DNA of 64,000 nucleotides. Origin: Paraphysomonas bandaiensis (Eukaryota; Protista; Chrysophyceae). Below, piece after piece: positions 11,581-23,141 of this stretch. Location of the stretch: positions 124,001 to 188,000 of the forward strand of contig CBFFRP010000133.1 of the NCBI GenBank assembly GCA_965644295.1, read 5' to 3'. The notes below the pieces were generated by a model, which saw only the letters and a list, made by a program, of their open reading frames with translations, was not told the origin of the DNA and made no database searches. Within the stretch, counting starts at the first letter, position 1, and the number at the start of each line of letters is the position of its first letter. A program made the position numbers and the translations under genes.

Positions 11581-12981
11581 TTAGCACTCCACTTTTCTTA
11601 TTTCTATATTGTTAGGGTCACCATTGCCTTCGTCCAATTCTTGTGTTACATTGTGCACGCTTGTGCCGACGTCAGGTTTGAGTCGAAGCGACTCGTCTAC
11701 GTGTTCTTTGTTGTCTTCATTTGAACATCGCATTTGAGAGCTTTCGCTGAATCCTTTCTTCACTATAACGATATCCTGCGCAAGTGCACTCTCTCCAAGA
11801 CCCACACCATCCATATCTGTGAGGGTACTGTGCTGAAGGTCGTATCCCAGAGCGATGTCGCCTGCACTCAACAGATGGCCTATATGAGTGTTGACCCGAA
11901 ATGTTGTGTCATTTACTCCAAAATCACTCTCACGAGCAACTTCGACTTCTGCCAAAGTTTCATTACAAGAGTCAGTTGGGTTCCCGCTCACATTATTAAC
12001 AGCTTCCACATCCAGCACCACAAAGCGAACTAATTGGCGGGGTAACATAACTGCTTGAACAGGAGAGGAAAAATACTTTGCTGCCGACACCTCCGTCCTC
12101 CTGGAGGTCCATGGGCTTACAAAGTGAAGATTCGAAGAAACTTTTTCCACCAGTATGAGCTCTGAAGGGCGCCTCCCCTCTCTTGGGAGCAGAACCAGGT
12201 CCCCTTTTGCAAGTGGAACCACATCAACAACATACACATGTTCATACTTTTGCTTATTCGATTTGCGGTCAGCAGACACAAGCTTCTTCGATGTTTTTAC
12301 CCTGGATGGTAGGAGGGAAGTTATGAAGCTGATTACCTTTTCAGCCTGATTTTTATGTTTAAAGAAAAAGTCCAGTCCATACTTGACAACCTCAATGCCA
12401 AGCATGAGGTTATGGAGTCCTGCTTTCGTGAGGGCAGTTTCTAAAGCTAAGAGTGACCGCGACTCGCTTCCACGTTGTCGCAATTGCACCATCGCCCCCC
12501 AAGAGTGGTCAGTCGCAGTTCGGATGCACTCTAGACACTGTCTATACTGAATGACATACTCAACTTCTAAGCGCTGCCGGAGCTCAGCTTTGCCATCTAA
12601 AACAGACTTCTCGACATCAATACCGATCCTCAATCGCCTGGAGTGAGGCTCTGTCCACACCCAGAATGCATCAATTAGCTTCGTTTTGCTCAGCCCTCCC
12701 ACTTTCTTGAGACACACTGACAACAGACTCGGCGACTCCAACTCTGCAAGAATATTAAACACACAAGCAACATATAACCGAACAATCAAACCGTGGTGTG
12801 TCCACGTGTCTTTTTGAGTGAGCCACCTATCACACTTCTTGCACTGTGTCATCTCACATTGTCTTGATATGCCTTCCGTTATGTCCACCTGCCCCCGCAA
12901 GCATTCGATACACATCGCTGCGTCATTCGGAATAATCGCCTTCCCGCATAAGCAGCATGCTATAGTCGAAAAAGATGACAT
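11581..12981 (-). CDS. NMD3: NMD3-family 60S ribosomal export adaptor; 2 exons
   Basis: Motifs CCLCG..I.PN...MC..CLR..VDITEGI, C.KC.R, DAFWVWTEPHSRR, QC..C, W.A.VQLRQ and SKKLVSAD. ATG at 12981. An in-frame 48-nt intron at 12744-12791 restores ..THH|ELES... Confidence 0.93.
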   Translation of the reverse strand: MSSFSTIACCLCGKAIIPNDAAMCIECLRGQVDITEGISRQCEMTQCKKCDRWLTQKDTWTHHGLIVRLYVACVFNILAELESPSLLSVCLKKVGGLSKTKLIDAFWVWTEPHSRRLRIGIDVEKSVLDGKAELRQRLEVEYVIQYRQCLECIRTATDHSWGAMVQLRQRGSESRSLLALETALTKAGLHNLMLGIEVVKYGLDFFFKHKNQAEKVISFITSLLPSRVKTSKKLVSADRKSNKQKYEHVYVVDVVPLAKGDLVLLPREGRRPSELILVEKVSSNLHFVSPWTSRRTEVSAAKYFSSPVQAVMLPRQLVRFVVLDVEAVNNVSGNPTDSCNETLAEVEVARESDFGVNDTTFRVNTHIGHLLSAGDIALGYDLQHSTLTDMDGVGLGESALAQDIVIVKKGFSESSQMRCSNEDNKEHVDESLRLKPDVGTSVHNVTQELDEGNGDPNNIEIRKVEC

Positions 12982-14659
12982 TGACTCGAGTCGTGCACGC
13001 AAATTTACACCAGTAATAAGCACGGGACACGAGTTCCTGTTAGGATGGCAGTCTGTTCCGTACCAGTGTACTCGTTCGCTGTTCTTGATGAGCTTCTACG
13101 CACAGTGCTGTAGTCCTACGTATATATATAGTACTATAGTATACCAGTGTGTGTGTTCCTACACTCTCGTTATGGTGGACGAATTTAGACAATTGACGTA
13201 GCGTATTTATACTCTATCGTATCGGCATCCTTGTTCGTATATTTTTGTTCAAAGATGCCTCTACTATTGAGTCAACAATTATATGTATTCCAGCCGTAGT
13301 TGTGTAGCAGTAATATAGAGGAGTTTTGCTTCAATCTATTTCCGAAAATAGACTGGGTTGCATACCTCTGTTGCCATATCTTCAAAAGGTGCGGCTAATT
13401 GAGAGCGTATACTATCAGTCACTGCACATATACACTACGCTTGAGCTATCTATCAAACAGACCTGACTATGTCCCAATATGACTACATGACATTAAATGA
13501 GCATGTCTACTAGCGAACTGTTGGAGGGGTTTCATCACTTCCCTCAAGGTTGTATTCTTGGTATTCTTCTCATGAAATAAGTGTAAACAGCTACTGCTGA
13601 CTGTAACGTCATTGCGAGAGCAGTTGTCATACAGAACCGGCTGTCAGGTTCCTTATTATTTGGTATGCACAACTCCAGGACATGGACTTTTCATGACTAA
13701 AGACGAACCCCATTGAGGCTTTGCTAGGGTGATTATACTTTATATTGACACCAACCTAGTGATTTCATTTCCCCTCCATATTGACCCATCTGTTTTAGCA
13801 ATGTAAGGTAGCCATTCTGTGTGTTCTATTGCTATTAGTGCCGTAATTCTTCCTAGTACAATGATCTACAGGTCTTACGTTTTTGAGTGGCCCTATATAC
13901 CTACCAGGGTCTCCAAACCACCACAGATCCCATATAGTTTTCATATTATATAATGGAAAACAACTCTTCCTGGAACGAAATCGGATCGAAGTTGAGAATA
14001 AACATTTCTTCTTTCTGTTCGACCATCAGTAATAGTAATAGTTAATCTTCAGTGTGTTGTATCCAAAAAATTAGCCGTCGCTTTATTTGGTCAAACATAT
14101 TCGTAGTTATGACATCATCGACGTTATCCGATCTATCTATAATTATAATAGAAACTGAATTCGAGGTAAACAGAGAAGCCAATATCCCTCGTGTCGTGTT
14201 GAACTTTTTGGTGAGCATCATTTCTTGAAATAGCGACATATATCAGGGCTAGGGAACAATATATTGATTGGGGCACCTGCTCATATTGTTTCTGTTAAAG
14301 TAGCTCACAGTACTATTGCCTTTCCTTTTTCGTTTTTTTCATCTAACATTCCGCTATCGCTCCATATTGACCCCCTCAGGGCTTTAAAATTATATAAATA
14401 AAATATAATATCAAATCAAACTGAAATAAGAGAGTAATATAATTAAGATAAGGTTTTTTTGCGGCCCGCCAGGGCCCTCTAAAATTAATTTTTTTCAGTT
14501 TTTGCCTCCTGAAGATTTTGATTTGTTATATTATTTCAGTTATTGTCTTTTAAAGATTTCGAGTTTTGAAAAAAGAAATGTGATTGGTTTTTAATTTCGA
14601 CTTTTTGAAAACTTAATACAAATTCATTAATAATTTTGTCATTAAGCAGGCGATTAATA

Positions 14660-16652
14660 ATGCATGATTCTAATTCAGAAGAATCAGGGAGAAAAGATAG
14701 TTGTAATAGCGATGATCTCCCTACAACTTTTCAGTGGGAAGGTTTCAGATACACTATCAAGCAGAGGAAGAGGCTTCAAGATGGTTCGGTATAATACATT
14801 CTCTATCAGTAAGCCACTGATCCATATATTTAGGAAATTTGAAGGGTTATTATCGGTGCTCAAAACACCGGAAAGGAAGAACATGTGGCTGTCCAGCTAA
14901 ATTGACAATTCTTGTTCACGAGCAAGCAGAAGAATCTGATGAAAAACTAATAATTTCAAAGGGGAAAGAGGAGCACAAATGTGGTGCCGCCACCTTTATA
15001 TTGCCTTCAGATTCACCAACATCTGATGATAATTCCAAGGAGAGGTCGTCGTTTTGTAAAGGTGTATATGACGCAAGTGGTGAAATGAAACAACTTTGTG
15101 AAGCAATGGCGTTGAAAGATGTTTCGAAGTCCTCCATTGCGATTGCAAATGAAGTTGCGGAAACAACGCGAGAGAAATATAAGCAGCTCGGTGAGAAAAT
15201 TGATATTTTTTTTCTTTTTGCTGTTTTAACTTTATTTTCTTTTGCTTATATTTCGGTAGGAATGCCATATAGATATCTCGAAACGTCGAAACTCAAAGCT
15301 TTGGTGCATCAGTGTAGACGTTTAGAGTTCAATGATTGGGAAGGAATTATATCGTCGTATCCGCTTGTGAACTGTGCTGATGACGACGAGAGACTATTTT
15401 TACAGTTCAATACTTCAATCAATGTTAGCAATCAGATGCAGAAGATAATTGGCTTTGCACATCCTGATTTAATCAATATTGTAAAGGGTGGTCCGGTCCA
15501 TCTCTTTATAGACTGTACTTTTAAGTGTGTGCCAAAGGGATTTTCTCAGTGTCTAGTAATTATGATATATGACTACGCCTCTCGTCCCTATACATTCCTG
15601 TATTTTATATATTGCTGCAATCGAAGTTTGAAGAAGTGTATTCCATGGCTCTTTATTTGAGTAAGGCCTCAACAGATTTCATGATGGAGATCATCAATGG
15701 CTCAGTGGATTTCGAGAAGGGTCTGGTGAATGCTATCAAACGGAACTTTGAGGGCAAGCCTGTAACTGGATGCGCGTTTCACTGGAAGCAAGCAATCCGT
15801 AGGAAATTGTTCAGCCTGGGTATTCCCGATGAGGTGATTTCGCCATTGATGAATAAAACTGGTCTCATCAACATTCTATTAACAATTCCTATTGAAGATA
15901 TTGAGCCTAAAGGGATACCATATGTGCGCCAACATTTTGACGAAGGTGTTCACCGAGCCAAGTTTGACATATTCTGGAAATACTTCGTGAAGACCTGGAT
16001 GCTCTCGTACGATCCTAATGATTGGAATGTGCATGGCATTGTAACAGACGAGTCATCAACATCCCGCTTGATTAATAGAACCAACAACCCACTGGAAAGG
16101 TTTAACAGAAAGCTGAACGAGGCTTTTCCCACTGCGCATCCTTCCGTGGTGTTATATGTGAGTACTATTCGGAAGCTAAGTCAAGAATACGTCGAACTTC
16201 GAAACAAAATTCTCAGGGGTCATGCATCCCGGCCGAAACATCTGCCATTCCAGCAATTCACATTGCCAGAGGACTACGCTGCATTTGAAATGGACAGGTC
16301 AGTCCAAAGGAGTAAGTTTGCGCAGCTCAACCAATACAAGTTTTTGATTGGGAAGAGCCACTATGATCCTGAGGATGGGTGCATGTACGAGGTGAGGTAC
16401 GAGGGGTCCATCGTTGGCTATCGCGAGCAGTGCAAACTGCAGAATGGGTATGTTGTCGATGTACCCACTGATGATTGTATTTCAATTGAGGAGATAGTGA
16501 AATACACTGGATGTGGCAAGGAGTCTACAGTGACAGCCGAAGACTGTGCTTTCACCGAGGAGATTGAGACATGCTGTATTGCCGCCGGCAGGGCTCAGAC
16601 CGGCGCCAAAGGCCGGTATAGGGCCGGTGGGGCCGGCCCCGGCGTTGTTTAG
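14660..16652 (+). mobile_element. Mutator/MULE DDE transposase with N-terminal FLYWCH-like zinc finger; 2 introns and one frameshift (likely pseudogene)
   Basis: FQWEGFRYT..YYRCSK..CPAKL..H.C; catalytic motifs LFIDCTFK, VDFEKGLVNAI, GCAFHWKQAI and RTNNPLERFNRKL. Introns at 14784-14833 (50 nt) and 15191-15259 (69 nt); frameshift near 15580. Imperfect inverted CGGCCCGC.AGGGCCCTC motifs at ~14462 and ~16907. Confidence 0.88.
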
Positions 16653-17635
16653 GGGCGGGGGCCTGGGGGCAGTGGACGCCGGCTCGTAGAGTCGAAGCGT
16701 GGGGAGCCCCCAGCTCCGAAAAATGTTTTGGTATAAAGTTGCTCTTGCTTAAGATATTAATAACTCTTGCTAAATTTGACCCTTTGCTTTGTGCGTAATA
16801 CTGCCCTTTGCTTCGTGCGTTATTGTTGCTTGTGGTTGTAGTGTGTGTTTTTAATTAAGAATTATTGTTATTATTGTTAGTTGTAGTAGAGGGCCAAATG
16901 CGGGCCGAGGGCCCTAGCGGGCCGAGGGCCAAAAAGGGCCAAAATTAAATTTTTCCATAATTAAAAATACTCTTAAACGTGAATTCAGGAGTAATAGAAG
17001 ACATAGAAGATACAAAGAATGTCGATAACATAAGTGTGCTTGAAAAATTCAAGAAACAAAAAGAACAAACCAAAGAATTACAAAATATATGAGAACTATA
17101 TGAAAGAAGAGAATAAAGAAAAAGATAAACAAGAACAACAAAAGATAGAAGACGATAGAATAATGAAAGAGTTAAAAGAGATAGACGAGGAATAAACTAT
17201 AGATGGTGTAGCATTTTCAGGAACTCAAGACTAAACGTTATTCACTGAAGCAGTAACAACAACTAAAAGATATTCAATTATAAGGATTGTTATTGCCTCA
17301 GCAGGTTATAATATTATGTTTAATACTATCAATTTTAGATTAACAGGTGATACAGGCAGTTTAGATTCTTATTTCAAAACCTTAAAAATACACAATATAT
17401 ACCCATCAACATAACTCTATTTCTATATTACTTTTTAAAATTTCACTGTTAAGAGTAAATTTTATTATATTACTATTATAGTACTTTCTTATTTAAGTTT
17501 AATTTGATATATTTTATTTTAATTTTAAAGGGCGTAAATATGGAGCGATAGCAAAATGTTAGATGAAATGAAAGGAAATTGAATTTTATTTCTTTGTCAT
17601 GTTTGTGTGTGCAATCTATTGTGATTGCCATAGTA

Positions 17636-17725
17636 GTGAATGTCTGATTATTTAGCAATAGGCGTTGAGACCTTGCATCAATTAGTGGCTAGAAGAATGC
17701 TAGTCATACTAGTTATGATTGCCAT
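17636..17725 (-). mobile_element. 3'-end fragment of LTR-like family A
   Basis: Reverse complement reads ..GACTAGCATTCTTCTAGC..AACGCCTATTGCTAAATAATCAGACATTCA. Confidence 0.6.
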
Positions 17726-19859
17726 ATAAGAAAAGATTCTCAACTGTAGGGTGCAAAATAAACTTCCATAAATATATCCGTAATAAGCCTATATTACTGC
17801 CTGTTTTTACGTATCGCCCGCTCTGCACTCTCTATACATGTACACTATTTCTCTTAAAATAATGTACTGTACCATATATCATACTGATAAGAAGAGACGC
17901 CTGAACGATAAAATGCTTACCATAGTAGAGATATTATTTACATCTGTTTTTGGAGTCGGACTTAAGACATAATCCCAATGTCAATGAGCTATGACATCGG
18001 CAGCAAAGAGATGTGACGATACCTGACGAAGGCAGAAGACCCCTCATACAACAAGCAGATATAAGGAATGCTTATACGGGGACGCTAAAACAAATTAAGA
18101 ATGCTCCCTTGCTACGTGGTCATACCAGTCTGCTACCAGAAGGATTGATGTCTCACGATGCTCCTCTATCTTTTAGATCCTACTACTCGACGAATTGAAA
18201 AGTAATGTAGTCTTTGTCAATAGCAACGTTGTGGGTTTCATGCTATCTACACAAGTATGGTATGTACACAAGTGTTTAATTGTACACAACTGAATAACGA
18301 TGCTACTATTATTGCAATAGTATTAGTTGGATAACGATCAATATTATTGTTGGTGAGGCGCTATCTAACAATAGTATCTTGCAATAATATTTTGTTCCCT
18401 GACATATATATATAGCTTTTTAGACAGCCATCATGTTATATATTATACCCTGGTAACTTTTACTGGCCCTGAGTTATATGCACTTTTCCTTGTCTCGACA
18501 CTACTATGCCTGTACGTTTTCTACTATTTGAATCTAACTTCCTTTACAATCTATAAAAAACATGTAGGAATATAGAAAATATGTAGGAACTGTGAACTTG
18601 CATAACGCCATAACAAATGACTGTGAGTGTATATATCTATGTATAAAGCACCACACTCATAAAAGAGGTAAAAAGTGAACACTGAATATATATCACCACA
18701 ATAATATCAACGGCTAATTCTAAATAATATAACGATGACATCCTAGAGCAGCGTATTTCTTGCACTGCTTGGAGTCTTTCCAAGGCTAATTTTATGATTA
18801 CCATGAGCAGTTTTTGTGGTTGTATTCACTCCTGTGTGCATTTTCACATATAACCCAGGAAAATTTTTCGTATTGTTAGACCAGCAAGAAGATGTTTAAG
18901 ACTGGCTTTTTTGGTTCCTCATAACAGTCCAACTCATTGAACATCCTCTTTACCTTCTTAATACCCTTGCTGTAGACCTCATTCACCCCCAGCACTTTTT
19001 CGCAGAATCATCCGAAGCCATAAGGATCTGAGGAATTGAATGAAACTTGACTCACATGTGCAAAGAACTTATCCTTGCATCATTCTTCATCCCACTGTCT
19101 ACGAGCTTTACATTCTTTCGGATGTTGGCAATTATATCTTTGTTTGCCTCCTCCTTGAAATAATCGTATGGAATCTACTTATACAATTGACCAAATCGGC
19201 CATATTCCTTTAGCAACTAATTCCACCTGAACTTTTGGACGGAATCCGACATCTCGGCATATTGCCCTCATTTCACCAAAACCTTGTTTAAGCCATTCAA
19301 TGATATCTTTCTTCCATTGATAAAATAGTTGCATCCAACCATGCATCTTCCAGCTCCTCAAAATCATACCTACACTAATTGAGAATTAATTTCAGGGATA
19401 ATTGCACCAAGGTGATTGCACCCGAGACAACTGAGTATTTAGAAACTGTGCTACCACTAGTCTAAAGTCGTCGTAGATAGATAAACATAGTAGTTCTCTC
19501 ATGTAATAATTGAGAATTAATTTCACCTCTGGTGCTATAAAAATGTGGTACCATTGAAATCCATATTTGATTTGTCTTCACAGAATTCCAACACATCCTC
19601 TCTTTCCAACCACCGTGCGTTGGAATTGATTTCATTATCATGACTTGTTTTAATTCTACCCAGGTATTCCTGAAATCAACGATTATAATTATAAAAGAAG
19701 AATATAAAGTATTGCATCTCTTTTCCCCAAACGTTATACAATTAGGAGAATACTAGAATGGTCTAAGGCACTCGACTAAATTATATATGAGCTCACAAAG
19801 GCACAGCAGAGCCCTACCCTAAGGAACTAAACTCTTCTGTACATCAAGGACTCCAGGGT

Positions 19860-19992
19860 AGCATGGACATAGGACGAGTTGCATGATTATTAAGCCGGAT
19901 CATACGCTCCTGCCCAACCTACTTGTCCTATTACTAACAAACAACTTGTGGTCGGAGTGTTAGGCAAAATATATATGTCTCCTGTATATATG
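19860..19992 (-). repeat. Dispersed repeat family B, copy 2
   Basis: Inverted match to 9462-9605. Confidence 0.85.
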
Positions 19993-20170
19993 CGACAGAT
20001 CTAGATAAGCTGTTCATCTCTATCAGATGATGTTTATCTCTCTAAATCAACTTTGAGACTTGTGCATTCAATTAAAGAAACAGGGTGCGCACATAATTTT
20101 CAAAATAATCTGGTTATTGTTGTCACCAGAAATAAACTCAACCTAATTGAAGTCTAATCAGTATTTTACT

Positions 20171-20530
20171 CTACGGAAGCTGCTTGTTCGTCGCCGCAAG
20201 CACCAAGGTGCGGCCACTTCCGCTCTGAGCTCTTCAGAGGTGAACACCCGGATGCTTGACTTTAGCAAAAGTCTATGAGTGGGCAGAAGAGAGATTCTCT
20301 CTGTGGTACAAAGCACACTAATAAGTGTCACTTGGCCCCTGAGAACTAAACAGGAATCAAGGAATGGGCCCATCTCAAGGGCACCCGGGACAGGGCCCAC
20401 CTGTAGGGTAACCGGGCTACCTGCTTAAGTTCACATTAAGGACTCAGAGCGGAAGTGATCGCACCTTGGTGTTTGCGGTGACACAAAAGCACCTCCCGTA
20501 GCGTTATATAACAGTAGTAGGATAATAGAA
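20171..20530. mobile_element. Two oppositely oriented fragments of LTR-like family A forming an inverted repeat
   Basis: 20171-20229 is the approximate reverse complement of 20443-20501 (CTCAGAGCGGAAGTG..CGCACCTTGGTG..TGCGG.GAC...CCGTAG). Confidence 0.8.
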
Positions 20531-21898
20531 TATGGATACAGATATTATTAGCGTAATATATATTGAAATCGACTGCGGTAGAGAGCACATATGCAAGAGG
20601 GTGTATAGCTGGATAGGGGTGGAATATGAGGGCCATCCGGTGTGTTAAGAGGGAGTGTGATGGTGCAAAAGAGGCAACATCTGAGAGAGGAAAGTGGGAC
20701 TGCGAAACAGATACTCTGATAGACCTATTCACAAGATGATCATGATGCACTAGGACGTCCTCAGCTGCCCTTGTTAGTGTCTGTGTTGGTTCAGGGAAAT
20801 AGTTTGTCTGGGGGTTTTCGAGGAGGAGGAAGAGTTTAAGGTGCGTGTGTACGATAGTGTAGCGGTGTTATGAGTGTGTTGGACAAAGAGAAAGAGAGCC
20901 GGGGAATGGTATACATCCTGTAAGACACAGTAGTACAATAGTCGAGTATACTGTATGCAGAATACTGTGTCCATCCAATGAGATGTATTGGCTGTGGGGA
21001 TGATAGATAAACAGCGTGAGGGGGTTCTCTGCTTGCTGCATCGACCCACAGACAAACCATGTTTGGTTGGTTTGGAGATAGCCCTTTTTTGCAGTGGAGA
21101 GGTGTCGAGAGGAGAGGGTTACAGAGAAGGTACATGGAGGCCATGCTCTAATTGGCTGTAACCGGAGAGAGCGGTGTGTTAGTCGAAGGTGTCTACTTGG
21201 GTGATGTCCTATAGGAGCTGTCATCGCTGCATTGGTGCAGGCACGTGGTTTAACTGAAGGCGTTAGGTAAGAGGGTAGTTGCACGGCCAAGTTATGGAAC
21301 TGGAAACATGTACAACATGGTAAGACAAGACGGCAGTGTGGTGTGATACAAAATGCAGCCATGCTTGGGGAGAAGAGAACAATCTGAGCCTGGACCCGCT
21401 GATGTAACACAACCACGGTCTCAATAGAGATATTGAGCTTAGAGCTAGCTAAAAAGGTGTAACTTTTTGTTGGACTGTATTTTCACCAGCATAAGATAAA
21501 GTTTTTTGGTATGTTAAACGTAAGCTTATAGTTAGTGCAATATAGACTGATTGCTATTATGATGATGTTGTAGCACTGTGAGTTAGGAACCACGTCATTC
21601 ACCAACATCAACATTCTGTTCTACAAATCGTACTTTAACAGCTACTATATTTTCAGTTTTTTTGTATACTTGTAATAGCTACTCCTATAGTGTAGTCATG
21701 TACTTCAAGTACGCACGTAGGAGTTGGTTGTAGTTCAATAGGTAGAGGTCTAAATAGTTTGTCTTGCATTCATCTAACGCCTATTGCTAATAATAAGACT
21801 TTCAATATTGTATTGTTGGACCAGTTTCAATATTATTGGTGAGACGCTATCTAACAATAGTATTGCAATATATGGTTCCCTGATCCTGCTAGGTAAAC

Positions 21899-22639
21899 CA
21901 GGGATAGAGAACAATATATTGTATTGCAATCAATACATTGTACAATATATTGATTGGTGGAGTGGTCAAATATTCCATCAATAGTGTTTTTGTTAAAAGA
22001 GCTCACAATACTATTGCAATAATAGTCATATAAGAGAAGATTCTCAACTGTAGGGTGCAAAATGGATATAAATAACCGAGAAATTGATTACAACATTACA
22101 AAGGATAATGAAGCTGATGTTGACTATGCGACTAAAAATCTTCAGTCAGCTCAAAAAATTAAGAAACGTACAGATCCACGAGTCATTAACGGCTGCCTGG
22201 CCTTGGTATGTACTTCCAATACATGGGAACGTCTGTTCAGCACAGCTAAACATATTATATCAGTGTTGCGCAAAAGTATCCATCCTACTTAATATGCTGT
22301 TGTTTTAGAAAGCTATTCGACAGTTATGGCCGGATACTAGCATATTTCAATTAATTCTGTGGATGAATATGGTGATGTTGACCTCACCGATGATGGCTCA
22401 GAGGATGAGGACGAGGTGGATTTTTAGTAGCTATAAGCAGCAGTTGGTTTGGTTGTCATGTGATCTTAATGACTAATACTAAAAATGAAATCTACGGATG
22501 TGTTTACCTACAGATTAGTCAAACTAAGATATCGCAATATATTGTAATTGTATTGTAGGACCGGTTTAAAAAATCCATCAATACTATTGATGGAACGCTA
22601 TCTAACAATAGTATTGCAATATATTGTTCCCTATCCCTG
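21899..22639 (+). mobile_element. Non-autonomous hAT element (family H1) retaining a decayed C-terminal dimerization-domain fragment
   Basis: 23-bp TIRs CAGGGATAG(A/G)GAACAATATATTG; degenerate 8-bp TSD AGGTAAAC/CTGTAAAC. Internal peptide TSNTWERLFSTAKHIISVLRKSIHP matches the hAT dimerization pattern. A further right-end copy lies at ~21815-21888. Confidence 0.85.
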
Positions 22640-23141
22640 CTGTAAACTATCTCATCACCAATCGTTAAATTCCATATAATACATCTTTGATTGCTAAAAT
22701 GGCAATACTCAATACTCCGCTCTCAGTCAGAAAACTAGTGTCAATTGTAAAGTATAGTATCAATCATTATAATTCTTATATACGCCGGATAACATTCCAT
22801 AGGCATTTAAATTATATATCCGGTCGGTAGGATTACGACAAGGATTCATAGTAGTTCCATCTATTGGCTGACTAAGTATGCTAATTCAATGAACTAACAA
22901 TATCAGTTTCACAATAATATCTCACATATACAATCAATAAACATAGCATCGACAGGAAGCCAGGAATTGTATTTGCAATCTTCATATGACAAAGAGACTC
23001 ACGTTGCTGCAGCAGCATGCCAGAGTAGTGGGACATGCAAGCGAAACGAGAAGGTAAATCCTAATACAGATACTATACACAAATCGCAGGGTTCACGCGC
23101 ATTGTACGCAAGAAAGAGGAACTCATTAGAGGTGGTAGCTC

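Larger units (their letters stand above)
14244..18401 (+). mobile_element. Non-autonomous hAT-type element (family H1) enlarged by nested insertions
   Basis: Left TIR CAGGGCTAGGGAACAATATATTG; right end ...CAATAATATTTTGTTCCCTG. Perfect 8-bp TSD ACATATAT at 14236-14243 and 18402-18409. Internal blocks 17725-17760 and 18340-18401 match the copy at 21899-22639. Confidence 0.8.

Noticed and set aside
18780-19370. Minus-strand coding-like relic with stops and frameshifts
   Set aside because: It has no recognisable motif, so it cannot be assigned without a search.
20540-21420. Purine-rich stretch with WGEENNLSLD, faintly like a LINE RT motif; antisense ORFs up to 182 aa
   Set aside because: No YADD or other RT motif was found, so the evidence is too thin.
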